From an uncultured Alphaproteobacteria bacterium (GTDB lineage Bacteria; Pseudomonadota; Alphaproteobacteria; Rhizobiales; Beijerinckiaceae): a DNA stretch of 64,000 bases. The position numbers were made by a program, and so were the translations under genes. Positions 38,886-47,453 of this stretch are shown here, piece after piece. The stretch is taken from assembly GCA_963804045.1 (NCBI GenBank), contig CAWDOR010000029.1, positions 15,380 to 79,379 of the forward strand. Reading direction: 5' to 3'. The number at the start of each line of letters is the position of its first letter. The stretch's first letter is position 1. The notes below the pieces were generated by a model. That model did no database searches. It was not told the origin of the DNA and saw nothing but the letters and a program-made list of their open reading frames with translations.

Positions 38886-39470
38886 ATGTCCATGCAGCAA
38901 CAAACGCAGAATTCCGGGCCGGCGGACACGCTTGTCCAGTCGGTTCATGATCGTTGGGGCCTGTTTCTGGCCGAGGGGATCATTTTATGCGTGCTCGGGG
39001 CCGGCGCCATCGTCGTTCCGCCGATCGCCGGACTGGCCACGACGGTCTTCCTGGGTTGGCTGTTCCTGGTCGCGGGACTGGTCGGCCTGTTTTTCACCCT
39101 TCGCGCCCGATCGGCGCCGGGGTTCGTCTGGGCGCTGCTGTCAGCTGCCGCCGCGGTCGTCGCCGGCGCCGTTCTGCTGTGGAATCCGTTTGAAGGTCTC
39201 GCGACGCTGACTCTCGTTCTGACTGCCTATTTCATCGTCGATGGCGTCGCGATCATTTTTCTCGCCATTGCCCATCGCCGTGAACTCACAGGCAAATGGG
39301 AATGGATGCTGGTGAACGGCGTCATGGATCTGATTCTCGCCGGCATCATCATCTCCGGATCTCCGGGGACGCTCGTCTGGGCGCTCGGACTCCTTGTCGG
39401 CATCGACCTGCTGTTCGGCGGCGCGGCGCTGATCGCCATGGCTTTGGACTGGCGCAAGGCGGGCAGATAG
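38886..39470 (+). CDS. HdeD-family (DUF308) acid-resistance membrane protein
   Basis: ATG at 38886 with AAGGAG SD. Six TM segments with repeated W/G-rich DUF308 pattern (GIILCVLGAGAIV, GWLFLVAGLVGL). Confidence 0.8.
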   Translation: MSMQQQTQNSGPADTLVQSVHDRWGLFLAEGIILCVLGAGAIVVPPIAGLATTVFLGWLFLVAGLVGLFFTLRARSAPGFVWALLSAAAAVVAGAVLLWNPFEGLATLTLVLTAYFIVDGVAIIFLAIAHRRELTGKWEWMLVNGVMDLILAGIIISGSPGTLVWALGLLVGIDLLFGGAALIAMALDWRKAGR

Positions 39471-39519
39471 TCGATCGGATGAACGAGCCAGATCGCCCAT
39501 CGATCGCCGCCGGGCCCCC

Positions 39520-39541
39520 TGAGTAGATTCCGACGCTGGCG
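39520..39541 (+). promoter_or_regulatory. Conserved 22-nt motif copy 13 (upstream of RR-kinase operon)
   Basis: Plus strand reads TGAGTAGATTCCGACGCTGGCG. It lies 90 nt upstream of the ATG at 39632. Confidence 0.65.
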
Positions 39542-39631
39542 GCGCAGACGTTTGGGGCGCATGGCTTCGCGCTTGTTTCATTCGCAGCTTGAAATCAGAA
39601 CGGGGGCCACGACGTGCGCAAAAAGAAGGCG

Positions 39632-40045
39632 ATGAAAGCAGGATTGCCGATGACAGGGCTTCGCATCCTCGTCGTTGATGACGACGCCGTGATCGGTGAA
39701 TTGCTGGGAGAAATGCTTGAAGAGATGGGCCATTCCGTTTGCGCCGTCGCCGCCACCGAGCTCGACGCGGTGGCCGGCGCCGCCGAGCACAGGCCCGACC
39801 TGATGATGGTCGATGTGCGGTTGGGCCAGGGAAGCGGCATCGTCGCCATGGATGAAATCCTGCGCTCCGGGTTCGTCCTGCATTTTTTCATGAGCGGCAA
39901 TGTCGCAAAATTCAGGGCGCTCAGGCCCGACGACTTCGTGCTCGAAAAGCCGTTCCAGGAAGCCGATCTCGGTTGCGCCATAACCCGGGCGCTGGAGTCG
40001 GCCGGCGCCCAACGCATCGCTCACGCCAGGGGGGCGCGCCTGTGA
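39632..40045 (+). CDS. Single-domain response regulator (receiver only)
   Basis: MKAGLPMTGLRILVVDDD..., MMVDVRL (phospho-Asp), FFMSGN, LEKPF. AGAAGG SD. Paralogous to 48974..49339 and 51207..51572. Confidence 0.85.
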   Translation: MKAGLPMTGLRILVVDDDAVIGELLGEMLEEMGHSVCAVAATELDAVAGAAEHRPDLMMVDVRLGQGSGIVAMDEILRSGFVLHFFMSGNVAKFRALRPDDFVLEKPFQEADLGCAITRALESAGAQRIAHARGARL

Positions 40046-40052
40046 AAATTCT

Positions 40053-42377
40053 TTGACCGCGTCCGATCGGGCGGAAGAGGCTGTCCTGGAAGCGGGCGCT
40101 CTGCAGCGTGCGATTTTCAACAGCGCCAATTTCTCGAGCATCGCCACCGACGCGAAAGGCGTGATCCAGATCTTCAACGTCGGCGCCGAGCGCATGCTGG
40201 GCTATGCGGCCGCCGAAGTGGTGAACACGATCACCCCGGCCGACATTTCCGATCCCAAAGAGGTCATCGCCCGGGCCAAGACGCTGAGCTCGGAGCTCGG
40301 AACCATGATCACTCCGGGGTTCGAAGCCCTGGTTTTCAAGGCGTCCCGCGGCATCGAGGATATCTACGAACTGACCTATATCCGCAAGGATGGGAGTCGC
40401 TTCCCGGCGGTCGTGTCCGTCACGGCGTTACGTGACATGCAGAACGTCATCATCGGCTATCTGTTGATCGGCACCGACAATACCGCGCGCAAGCGGGTGG
40501 AAGCCGAACAGGCAAAGCTCGACCAGCGCCTTCGCGACCAGCAATTCTATACGCGCTCGCTGATTGAATCGAGCATCGACCCGCTGATCACCACGGACCC
40601 CGCCGGGTTCATCACCGACGTCAACAAGCAAATGGAGGCGCTGACGGGATGGACGCGCGACGAATTGATCGGCTCGCCGTTCAAGACCCATTTCACCGAT
40701 CCCGAGCGGGCCGATGCGGGAATCAAACTCGTGCTGACCGACAAGAAAGTCACCGACTTCGAGTTGACGGCCATCGACCGCAGCGGCAAGAAAACCGTCG
40801 TGTCCTATAACGCGACCACGATTTACGACCGGCAGCGCAAATTGCAGGGCGTTTTCGCAGCCGCGCGTGACATCACCGAAAGCAAGCTTGTCGAAGCGGA
40901 ACTTCATCAAGCGAGAGCCGCTGCCGAAAGCGCCAGCGAGACCAAGTCGGATTTTCTGGCCAGCATGAGCCACGAAATCCGCACGCCGGTGAATTCGATC
41001 ATCGGCGTCGCCGCACTGCTTGCGAAAACAACGCTCACATCAGAGCAAAGAAAATATGTGGAAATATTCAGTCGCGCCGGCGAAAACCTGCTCCTGCTCA
41101 TCAACGACATTCTTGATCTGTCGAAAGTGGAAGCGTCGCAGCTGGATCTGGAGCGCACCGAATTCTCGCCGACCGAGCTGGTGGACAAAACCCTGGAAAT
41201 GCTGGCGGTGCGCGCCGAACAAAAGGGCCTGGCCCTGGTCTGCGAGATCGCGCCGGGAACGCCAAAAAATATTGTCGGCGACCCCACCAGGGTGCAGCAG
41301 GTGCTCCTCAATCTGCTCGGCAACGCCATCAAGTTTACGGAAACCGGCGAAGTGTCGCTGCGCGTTTCGCCTGACGGGGTGTCGCCAACACTGCGCTTCA
41401 CGATTGCGGACACCGGAATCGGAATTCCGGCGGAAAAGCTGGCGCATGTGTTCGAGCGCTTCACGCAGGCGGACTCATCCACCACGCGCCGATATGGGGG
41501 CACCGGACTGGGCCTGACGATTTCACGGCAGCTGGTGGAGTTGATGGGCGGACGCATCTGGGTCGAAAGCGAGCTTGGCAAGGGCAGCGTGTTTTCGTTC
41601 GCCGCGCCGTTTGAAATCCTGACGGGCGCCAAGCGGGAAACGGCCCCGCGCATCGGCGACAAGCCCGCGCCGCCGATACTGGCGCTGAACATCCTTCTCG
41701 TGGAGGATTATCCCGACAACCGCACGATCACGCTCGCCTATTTGCAGGATACGCCCTATCGGATCGAGATCGCGGAAAATGGGGCGATTGCGTTTGAAAA
41801 GTTCGTCCTGGGGCATTTCGATCTCGTCCTCATGGACCGGCAGATGCCGGTCATGGACGGGCTGACCGCGACGCGGGCGATCCGGACATGGGAAAAGGCC
41901 AACCACCGTCCGCCCACGCCGATCATCGCATTGACGGCCGCCGCCCTGAAAGGCGATCGCGAAAAATGCGAGGAAGCAGGCTGCACCGCTTATCTTACCA
42001 AGCCCATCAAGCAAGAGGTGCTGCTCCAGGCCATCAGGGACTACTCCCGGGCGCCGGGGCCGCCAGCGCTTGCGGTTGTCCGGGGACAGGACAGGGACAG
42101 CGGCGGGAGACGCGTAGAACGCAACGCCGAGTTCCTGCGAAACCGCAAGCGCGATGTCGCCACAATGCGCGGCGCCCTGGATCGCCAGGACTTCGCGACG
42201 GTAGCGCTGCTGTCGCACGGCATGCGCGGCGCCGGAGGAATGTTCGGATTTCCTGTCATCACCGAAATCGGAGCCGCCCTGGAAACTGCGGCGGACGACC
42301 TGGACGATGCGGTTTCCCATAAATGGGTCAATGAATTGTCCAGCTATCTGGATGGCGTCGAAGCGACGGCCATTTAG
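40053..42377 (+). CDS. Hybrid sensor histidine kinase (PAS-PAS-HisKA-HATPase-REC-HPt)
   Basis: 774 aa. H-box FLASMSHEIRTPVNSI, N/G boxes LLGNAIKFT and DTGIGI, GGTGLGL. Receiver LVEDYPDN...LMDRQMPVMDG...KP. HPt-like SHGMRGAGG. Confidence 0.9.
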   Translation: MTASDRAEEAVLEAGALQRAIFNSANFSSIATDAKGVIQIFNVGAERMLGYAAAEVVNTITPADISDPKEVIARAKTLSSELGTMITPGFEALVFKASRGIEDIYELTYIRKDGSRFPAVVSVTALRDMQNVIIGYLLIGTDNTARKRVEAEQAKLDQRLRDQQFYTRSLIESSIDPLITTDPAGFITDVNKQMEALTGWTRDELIGSPFKTHFTDPERADAGIKLVLTDKKVTDFELTAIDRSGKKTVVSYNATTIYDRQRKLQGVFAAARDITESKLVEAELHQARAAAESASETKSDFLASMSHEIRTPVNSIIGVAALLAKTTLTSEQRKYVEIFSRAGENLLLLINDILDLSKVEASQLDLERTEFSPTELVDKTLEMLAVRAEQKGLALVCEIAPGTPKNIVGDPTRVQQVLLNLLGNAIKFTETGEVSLRVSPDGVSPTLRFTIADTGIGIPAEKLAHVFERFTQADSSTTRRYGGTGLGLTISRQLVELMGGRIWVESELGKGSVFSFAAPFEILTGAKRETAPRIGDKPAPPILALNILLVEDYPDNRTITLAYLQDTPYRIEIAENGAIAFEKFVLGHFDLVLMDRQMPVMDGLTATRAIRTWEKANHRPPTPIIALTAAALKGDREKCEEAGCTAYLTKPIKQEVLLQAIRDYSRAPGPPALAVVRGQDRDSGGRRVERNAEFLRNRKRDVATMRGALDRQDFATVALLSHGMRGAGGMFGFPVITEIGAALETAADDLDDAVSHKWVNELSSYLDGVEATAI

Positions 42378-42406
42378 AGGGCCGCTCGGACTTGCCTTGT
42401 TCCCCC

Positions 42407-42452
42407 GTTCGATCCCGCCGGCGTCGAGGTCGGGCAGGTGACGATCCGCTGA
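42407..42452 (+). repeat. Direct repeat copy B: orphan copy of the hydrogenase large-subunit 3' end
   Basis: gttcgatcccgcCggcgtCgaggtcgggcaggtgacgatccgctGa would encode FDPAGVEVGQVTIR*. It differs from 28003-28048 only at two synonymous third positions and TAA>TGA. Confidence 0.9.
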
Positions 42453-42462
42453 CGCGGCGTCG

Positions 42463-42484
42463 TGAGTAGATTCCGATCCTTCCG
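42463..42484 (+). promoter_or_regulatory. Conserved 22-nt motif copy 14 (upstream of DUF3775)
   Basis: Plus strand reads TGAGTAGATTCCGATCCTTCCG. It lies 169 nt upstream of the ATG at 42654. Confidence 0.6.
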
Positions 42485-42653
42485 CGAGGTGGATCGCCGT
42501 GGCTATTCTGGAGAGTGTCTTGAGCTACGATTGTCGCGCCTGTTGCGCCCAGCTTCGCTGCTCCGACCGTGGCGGTCGTCGTTTCCTCCCCCGCGGCCGC
42601 CACTTTTTTTGCCCCGTCGTTCGAACGACGGCGAACATTGGAAGTCGGATCGA

Positions 42654-43088
42654 ATGCTGCGCGAAAACGAACCGGAAATGCGGGGAATCAACACAGACAA
42701 GGTCTGTTTCGTGATCGCCAAGTCCCGCGAGCTCCTGTCCGAAGACATTGGCGCGCAGCGCGACGGCTCCAATCCCTCGGATGATCAGTTTGTCGCTGTC
42801 CTGACTGACTCCGGCGATCGCCCGGCGCGTCTGGAGCTGGTTGAATTCATCGACGCGCTTGACGTTGATGAAAGCGACGCGCTTGTCGCGCTCGCCTGGA
42901 TCGGACGCGGCGACTTTGAACCTGCGGACTGGCGCGCGGCGGTCAAAAGCGCGGGAGAGCGGCGTGAGGGCAATCCCGCCAGATACCTGAAGGAGATTCC
43001 CTTGCTTCCGGACTATCTGGCGGACGCTCTGTCCGCCTTCGATCAATCCTGTCGCGGTTTTGAGGAACGGGAAGAACCGGGAATCTGA
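42654..43088 (+). CDS. DUF3775-like protein
   Basis: Internal ATG at 42654 (an alternative lies at 42678). INTDKVCFVIAKSRELLSED... acidic protein. The track N-terminus MSRFRSF is a motif artefact. Confidence 0.65.
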   Translation: MLRENEPEMRGINTDKVCFVIAKSRELLSEDIGAQRDGSNPSDDQFVAVLTDSGDRPARLELVEFIDALDVDESDALVALAWIGRGDFEPADWRAAVKSAGERREGNPARYLKEIPLLPDYLADALSAFDQSCRGFEEREEPGI

Positions 43089-43381
43089 ACGTTGGAGAAC
43101 GGCCCCGATGGCTCGTGGACCAATTCCAGCACCTCGGCCATCGCCCTGCGCATGCCGTGCAACTGATCCAGCAGGTGCAGGACCACCCCGACGCCCTCGG
43201 CGTTGACGCCAAGATCGTCGATCAGATCGCGGATCAATTTCGCCCGCGCCAGGTCCGCTTCGGAAAACGCGAGATCGTCGCCCATCCCGCCTGGAATCAG
43301 CCACTCCTCCTGGATCCAGATGTCGAGAGTCGCATGATCGAGACTGGCGCGCGTGAGAAAGTCCCGCTTGGTGATGATCAT
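43043..43381 (-). CDS. cbpM: Chaperone modulator CbpM (MerR-like)
   Basis: 112 aa. ATGA-coupled to the cbpA stop. Sequence LDHATLDIWIQEEWLIP...ADLARAKLIRDL. Confidence 0.75.
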   Translation of the reverse strand: MIITKRDFLTRASLDHATLDIWIQEEWLIPGGMGDDLAFSEADLARAKLIRDLIDDLGVNAEGVGVVLHLLDQLHGMRRAMAEVLELVHEPSGPFSNVQIPGSSRSSKPRQD

Positions 43382-44271
43382 GACTGCATCCCCCGGCGCG
43401 GATCATAATTCGCGGGCGCCCAGGTCGCGAGAAACGCTTCCAGTTCGGGGTTCGGTCCCGTTGGCGCCATGATCTTAAGCTTGACCAGCAGGTCGCCGCG
43501 GCCGTCAGGGCGGGGAACGCCTTTTCCTTTCAGCCGGAGAACCGAACCGGTGTTGGAGCCTTTCGGCGCTGTAAGGATGACAGGTCCGGTCGGCGTCGGC
43601 GTCTTGATTTCGGCGCCGAGCACGGCTTCGGCGAAAGTGACCGGCAAATCGATATGAATATTATCGCCATGTCGGGAAAAGAACGGATGCGGATTGATCG
43701 AAACTTCCACTAGGACGTCGCCGGCTTCGCCTTCGCCAGGAGCGGCGGCGCCCTTGCCACGCAGCCGGAGGATCTGTCCATCGCGAATTCCCGGCGGAAT
43801 GGTCACGTCGAGTGATCCGCCTTCCGGCAGGTTGATCCGCCTGGTTGCGCCATTGATCGCGTCGAGAAAGTCGACGGCAAGGCTGTAGCGCAAATCGGAT
43901 CCGCGCGCCTGCCGGGCCTGCCGCCGGAAAATTTCCGCGAGGATGTCGTCCGTGTCGATGAAGTCCGCGTAGCCGGACTGGCTTTCATAAGGATTGCCTC
44001 CGGGGGCCTGGGCGGCGTAATCCCGGTAGAATTTTTCGCGCGGCGCCTCCGCCCCGGAGGCGTCGATCTCGCCGCTGTCGAACCGTCGCCTTTTCTCGGG
44101 ATCCGAGAGAAGGTCGTAGGCGCTGGCGACCTCCTTGAACCGGCTTTCCGAATGCTTGTCGCCGGGATTGAGGTCCGGGTGCAGCTTCTTGGCCAGCCGG
44201 TGGTAGGCCTTGCGAATCTCTTCCGGCGCCGCGCCGCGCGCAACCCCGAGGATTTCGTATGGGTCCTTCAT
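43378..44271 (-). CDS. cbpA: Curved-DNA-binding DnaJ-class co-chaperone
   Basis: J-domain MKDPYEILGV...AYHRLAKKLHPDLNPGD, no Zn-finger region, C-terminal DnaJ_C repeats. 297 aa. Confidence 0.9.
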   Translation of the reverse strand: MKDPYEILGVARGAAPEEIRKAYHRLAKKLHPDLNPGDKHSESRFKEVASAYDLLSDPEKRRRFDSGEIDASGAEAPREKFYRDYAAQAPGGNPYESQSGYADFIDTDDILAEIFRRQARQARGSDLRYSLAVDFLDAINGATRRINLPEGGSLDVTIPPGIRDGQILRLRGKGAAAPGEGEAGDVLVEVSINPHPFFSRHGDNIHIDLPVTFAEAVLGAEIKTPTPTGPVILTAPKGSNTGSVLRLKGKGVPRPDGRGDLLVKLKIMAPTGPNPELEAFLATWAPANYDPRRGMQS

Positions 44272-44371
44272 TGGCCCTCCGCTGCGAACGGCGCCGGAAC
44301 AGGCTGCCGGGCAAAGCTCTGCCCGTCCAGGATGGCGCCGAAACGCATCGAACGGGAAGCGGTTTTTTTGC

Positions 44372-44393
44372 TGAGTAGTTTCCGAGCCTATCG
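44372..44393 (+). promoter_or_regulatory. Conserved 22-nt motif copy 15 (upstream of PRC-barrel gene)
   Basis: Plus strand reads TGAGTAGTTTCCGAGCCTATCG. It lies 69 nt upstream of the ATG at 44463. Confidence 0.65.
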
Positions 44394-44462
44394 CCGGGTG
44401 CGCCGGGCTGCCTATCGTGGCGGAAGATGAAACGCCGCGAAAGAATAGGTGGGGATGACGTC

Positions 44463-45218
44463 ATGCTAAAGCTCGCATCGGCCCTGATGGGCTATGTCAT
44501 AGAGGCAAGCGACGGCGAGATCGGAGCCGTGGCCGATGTCTTGTTTGACGACAGGACCTGGCTGGCGCGTTGGCTGGTCGTCGACACCGGCAAATGGCTG
44601 ACGACCCGCAAGGTTCTGCTCCACCCCTCGACCATCGGCAAGGTGGACCACGAGCGCCGCGCGTTGTCCATCGCGCTGACTAGGGCGCAGGTTCAGGGCA
44701 GCCCGGAACTTTCCGAGCACGAGCCGGTGTCGATGCAGATGGAGCGTCACCTCTACGACTATTACGGATGGGAGCCGAATTCGCTCGAAAGCGGTTTCGG
44801 CGTCAATCCGATCGCCTCGCGTTATTCAGCGCCGCCGCTGTTCGTGTTCGCGCCGCAGGCGGAAACCACGAACCCCGAGACCGACTGCGATCCCCACTTG
44901 CGCAGCATCGATGCGATCAAAGGCTATCACATCCTCGCCATCGACGGCGCGATCGGCAAGGTCGAGGACATGCTGGTCGATGACGCCGGCTGGGGCATCC
45001 CTTATCTGGTCGCCGAGACGGGACACTGGTGGTCAGGCAAGCATGTCCTGATCTCGCGCCACGCAGTGAAGGACATCTCCTGGGCGGATCGGCAATTGAG
45101 CGCCGGCGTCAGCCGCGCTCAGGTCAAGGCCAGTCCCCCCTGGAGCCCTCTTGGGGACGTCGACCCGGCCTATGAAAAGGATCTTCACGACCACTACGAT
45201 TGGCCCGGCCATAGATGA
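44463..45218 (+). CDS. Tandem PRC-barrel domain protein
   Basis: MLKLASALMGYVIEASDGEIGAVADVLFDD and KGYHILAIDGAIGKVEDMLVDD are two PRC-barrel signatures. Confidence 0.8.
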   Translation: MLKLASALMGYVIEASDGEIGAVADVLFDDRTWLARWLVVDTGKWLTTRKVLLHPSTIGKVDHERRALSIALTRAQVQGSPELSEHEPVSMQMERHLYDYYGWEPNSLESGFGVNPIASRYSAPPLFVFAPQAETTNPETDCDPHLRSIDAIKGYHILAIDGAIGKVEDMLVDDAGWGIPYLVAETGHWWSGKHVLISRHAVKDISWADRQLSAGVSRAQVKASPPWSPLGDVDPAYEKDLHDHYDWPGHR

Positions 45219-45389
45219 CGGACCAGGCGCCTGTCTGAGGCGTCCCGGAACCTGTCCCGCCTGATTCCAGAATGGGCGTCGACATGTCGACCCCGGCGAA
45301 GCGCCGCTTCGCTTGGCAAAGACCGGCCGAAATTGCGTGCATGAGCACAGGCCGGAATCGCGTTTCAAAACCACATGGAGAACCTGAAC

Positions 45390-45929
45390 ATGACTCATAT
45401 TTTCAAGCTTGGACGCACATTGCGCGGCGTGTTGATTCTGGCGGCGATGACGCCGGCAGCGGCCTTTGCCGGCGACCGGATCGGCGCGCTGGAATGTCAT
45501 CTCTCCGGCAATGGCCCGAGCATATTGGTGGAGAACCAGACCGTCGACTGCGTCTTCGCCAGCGAGCGCGCAGGCGTCCGGCGCGATCATTACGTCGGCA
45601 AGCTCACCAAGATCGGCGCGGATATCGGCGCCAACGGCAAAGGCGACCTCGTCTGGGGTGTGGTCGCAGCAACGAGCCGGCATGGCCGTGGCGCGCTTGC
45701 CGGCGACTATGTCGGGCCTGAAGCCTCGGCGAAGGTCAGCGTCGGCGTCGGCGCTGCCGCTCTTGTCGGCGGATCGGACAAGACGTTTTCGCTTCAACCT
45801 CTCAATGTCGAAGGCGGAAAGGGAATTGGCTTCACCGCGGGCGTGGAAAGCCTGACGCTGGCTTATGTCGCGGACAGGCCCGCGCCGAAAATGCGCTACA
45901 GGCGTCACCGCAGCGAAGCGCGCGGCTGA
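45390..45929 (+). CDS. DUF992-like secreted protein
   Basis: ATG at 45390 with GGAGAA SD. Signal peptide ...LILAAMTPAAAFA. Cys pair ALECHLSG...VDCVF. Confidence 0.7.
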   Translation: MTHIFKLGRTLRGVLILAAMTPAAAFAGDRIGALECHLSGNGPSILVENQTVDCVFASERAGVRRDHYVGKLTKIGADIGANGKGDLVWGVVAATSRHGRGALAGDYVGPEASAKVSVGVGAAALVGGSDKTFSLQPLNVEGGKGIGFTAGVESLTLAYVADRPAPKMRYRRHRSEARG

Positions 45930-45965
45930 CGAAACCCATCACGGCGATCGCCGCAAATTGAAAAA

Positions 45966-46004
45966 CCCCACTCTCCCGCGCAAGTCCGGCGCGGGAGAGT
46001 GGGG
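45966..46004 (-). terminator. Strong hairpin between convergent genes (T-run on minus strand)
   Basis: Stem ccccactctcccgcgc, loop aagtccg, stem gcgcgggagagtgggg (16-bp perfect stem). It is flanked by AAAAA on plus, which is TTTTT after the stem on minus. Confidence 0.6.
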
Positions 46005-46046
46005 TTGATCATGTCTGGGCGTGAAGGCTCACGTCGTGAGCGGTGT

Positions 46047-46208
46047 TTATATGACGACCCCGCCAACGAGCCAGACCACCAGAAGAACGATGAGAACGGT
46101 ACCGAGGACGCCGCCAAGTCCAGCGCCGCCGTAGCGGCTGTGGGCATAATATCCGCCCCCGCCGCCGAACAGGAAGATCAGAATGATGACAAGCAGTATC
46201 GTGCCCAT
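46047..46208 (-). CDS. DUF3309-like small membrane protein (53 aa; below ORF-track cutoff)
   Basis: My translation is MGTILLVIILIFLFGGGGGYYAHSRYGGAGLGGVLGTVLIVLLVVWLVGGVVI*. GGAGA SD 6 nt upstream. Confidence 0.6.
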   Translation of the reverse strand: MGTILLVIILIFLFGGGGGYYAHSRYGGAGLGGVLGTVLIVLLVVWLVGGVVI

Positions 46209-46272
46209 TGGACGTCTCCAAGTTGCTTGAGCGCCGCGGGATTGCGGCGGTTGTAGTCAAACGGATAAGAAA

Positions 46273-46653
46273 TCAGGTGATGGAGGAATCATCCGAGCCG
46301 AATTCCGCTTCGGTCCTGGCGGGAGACCAGAACATGTCGTGCAAATGTCTCATCAAGCCGGACTGTGGCCAGGCGCGCCAAGCATGCAGGCGGTCGGCGA
46401 GGCAAATCTGGCTGTCGGCGCTGGGATCGTCGAAGCCCAATTCGAAATCGCCGGGAGCCGCCATTTTCAAGCGGCAATGGCGGACGACCGCTTCTGTCAT
46501 GGCGCTGGCGTCAATCAAGCCCGCCAGGTCGGCGACGCGATCCACGAAGCAGATTGCCGATCCATGCGCGACGGCCGCGACTGCGTCGTGCGGCCGGGCG
46601 TCGCGGGGCTCGTACACGCCAATTCTATGCAGGCCGACGCCATAGGTCTTCAT
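46273..46653 (-). CDS. Hypothetical protein (126 aa)
   Basis: Internal ATG at 46653 overlaps the stop of the upstream ORF (ATGA). Starts MKTYGVGLHRIGVYEPRD.... No family recognised. Confidence 0.45.
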   Translation of the reverse strand: MKTYGVGLHRIGVYEPRDARPHDAVAAVAHGSAICFVDRVADLAGLIDASAMTEAVVRHCRLKMAAPGDFELGFDDPSADSQICLADRLHAWRAWPQSGLMRHLHDMFWSPARTEAEFGSDDSSIT

Positions 46654-47048
46654 GACGCTTCCTCCAGCCAGGCGGCTTGCGGAAGGCTCGGCATGTAGAC
46701 ACAGGTCTCGTTCTCGAACACCCCGCATCGCTCGCGAGGCGGCCCGAGCGCGATCGAGTCGATCGCTTCGTCCAGGCTGGTGAAGGACAAGCCGGTGGGA
46801 TGTCCGTTGACGCGAATGGAAAACGCGGAAGGACAAGCGCGGCTGTCCTTCTGTCGCGGCCGCGTCCACACGTATTGCCGCTCGATGGCGTCGTAGATCT
46901 CGAAGCTCAATCCGTCGACGCCTCTCGGCGGGATTGATCCCAGCGCTTCATGCAAGGTCGGAAACGCGGCGCCTTCGGCAAAGCCGTTGACCAGCACGCG
47001 AAATCGCGATGGCGGGGGAATCGTTGTTTCAGAGGCGGCTATTGTCAT
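46650..47048 (-). CDS. Hypothetical protein with internal duplication (132 aa)
   Basis: Two similar segments: FRVLVNGFAEGAAFPTLHEALGSI and FSIRVNGHPTGLSFTSLDEAIDSI. No family recognised. Confidence 0.45.
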   Translation of the reverse strand: MTIAASETTIPPPSRFRVLVNGFAEGAAFPTLHEALGSIPPRGVDGLSFEIYDAIERQYVWTRPRQKDSRACPSAFSIRVNGHPTGLSFTSLDEAIDSIALGPPRERCGVFENETCVYMPSLPQAAWLEEAS

Positions 47049-47110
47049 CCGTGTTCCCCGATTGAAGATCTACCGCGGGCTTCGACGAGATCGGCCAAGC
47101 CAAATGTTCG

Positions 47111-47404
47111 TCATGGCTTCATCGATTGCGCGTCGAACAATTCTTCGAGGTGGCCGAAGTCGCCGATCAATGCGTTGATGTCCCGTTCGATCTCGGCTTT
47201 CGTGGCCTCCCAGGCATAACCTTGATGCGCCGCTGCTTCGAGCCTTGCTTCAACGGCCGCGTGGCCTTTCAGGAGGCGTTCGCTGAATGCGGCATGCGTC
47301 GTCTCGAACGCGCCGCTCTCCTTGAACTCGCGTGTTCGCGCAGCCAGGCGCAGCGAAAAATCGTCGAACCGCTTTTTGAGCGCGTCGTAATCCTGGGTGC
47401 TCAT
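47111..47404 (-). CDS. Hypothetical helical protein (97 aa)
   Basis: ORF MSTQDYDALKKRFDDFSLRLAARTREFKE... with GAGGGAGAA SD-like sequence upstream. Confidence 0.5.
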   Translation of the reverse strand: MSTQDYDALKKRFDDFSLRLAARTREFKESGAFETTHAAFSERLLKGHAAVEARLEAAAHQGYAWEATKAEIERDINALIGDFGHLEELFDAQSMKP

Positions 47405-47453
47405 GGTTATTCTCCCTCTCGATCTTCCGCTCAGGCTTGTCCGTGGACGCCAG

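Noticed and set aside
42462-42653. Track ORFs whose N-termini read MS(R/S/I)FR... (42462, 50136, 48380, within 38668) or MFSEP (8862).
   Set aside because: These starts are the NTG immediately preceding or inside the 22-nt motif (gTGAGTAGATTCCGA translates as M-S-R-F-R). The real genes start at downstream ATGs with SD sequences.
43043-43088. A 46-nt convergent overlap between the DUF3775 gene and cbpM.
   Set aside because: It probably reflects poorly constrained C-terminal tails. I see no hairpin or other structure in the overlap, so I did not pursue it.
45236-45257. Possible degenerate motif copies: TGAGGCGTCCCGGAACCTGTCC upstream of the DUF992 gene (16/22), TGATGGAATTTCGTGGCCGTCG at 38805-38826 upstream of hdeD (about 13/22), and TGAAAATTTCGGACGACAGGAG at 14586-14607 (minus).
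   Set aside because: The TGAGTA or TTCCGA cores are broken, which is too weak to call without a genome-wide PWM. They are worth rescoring later.
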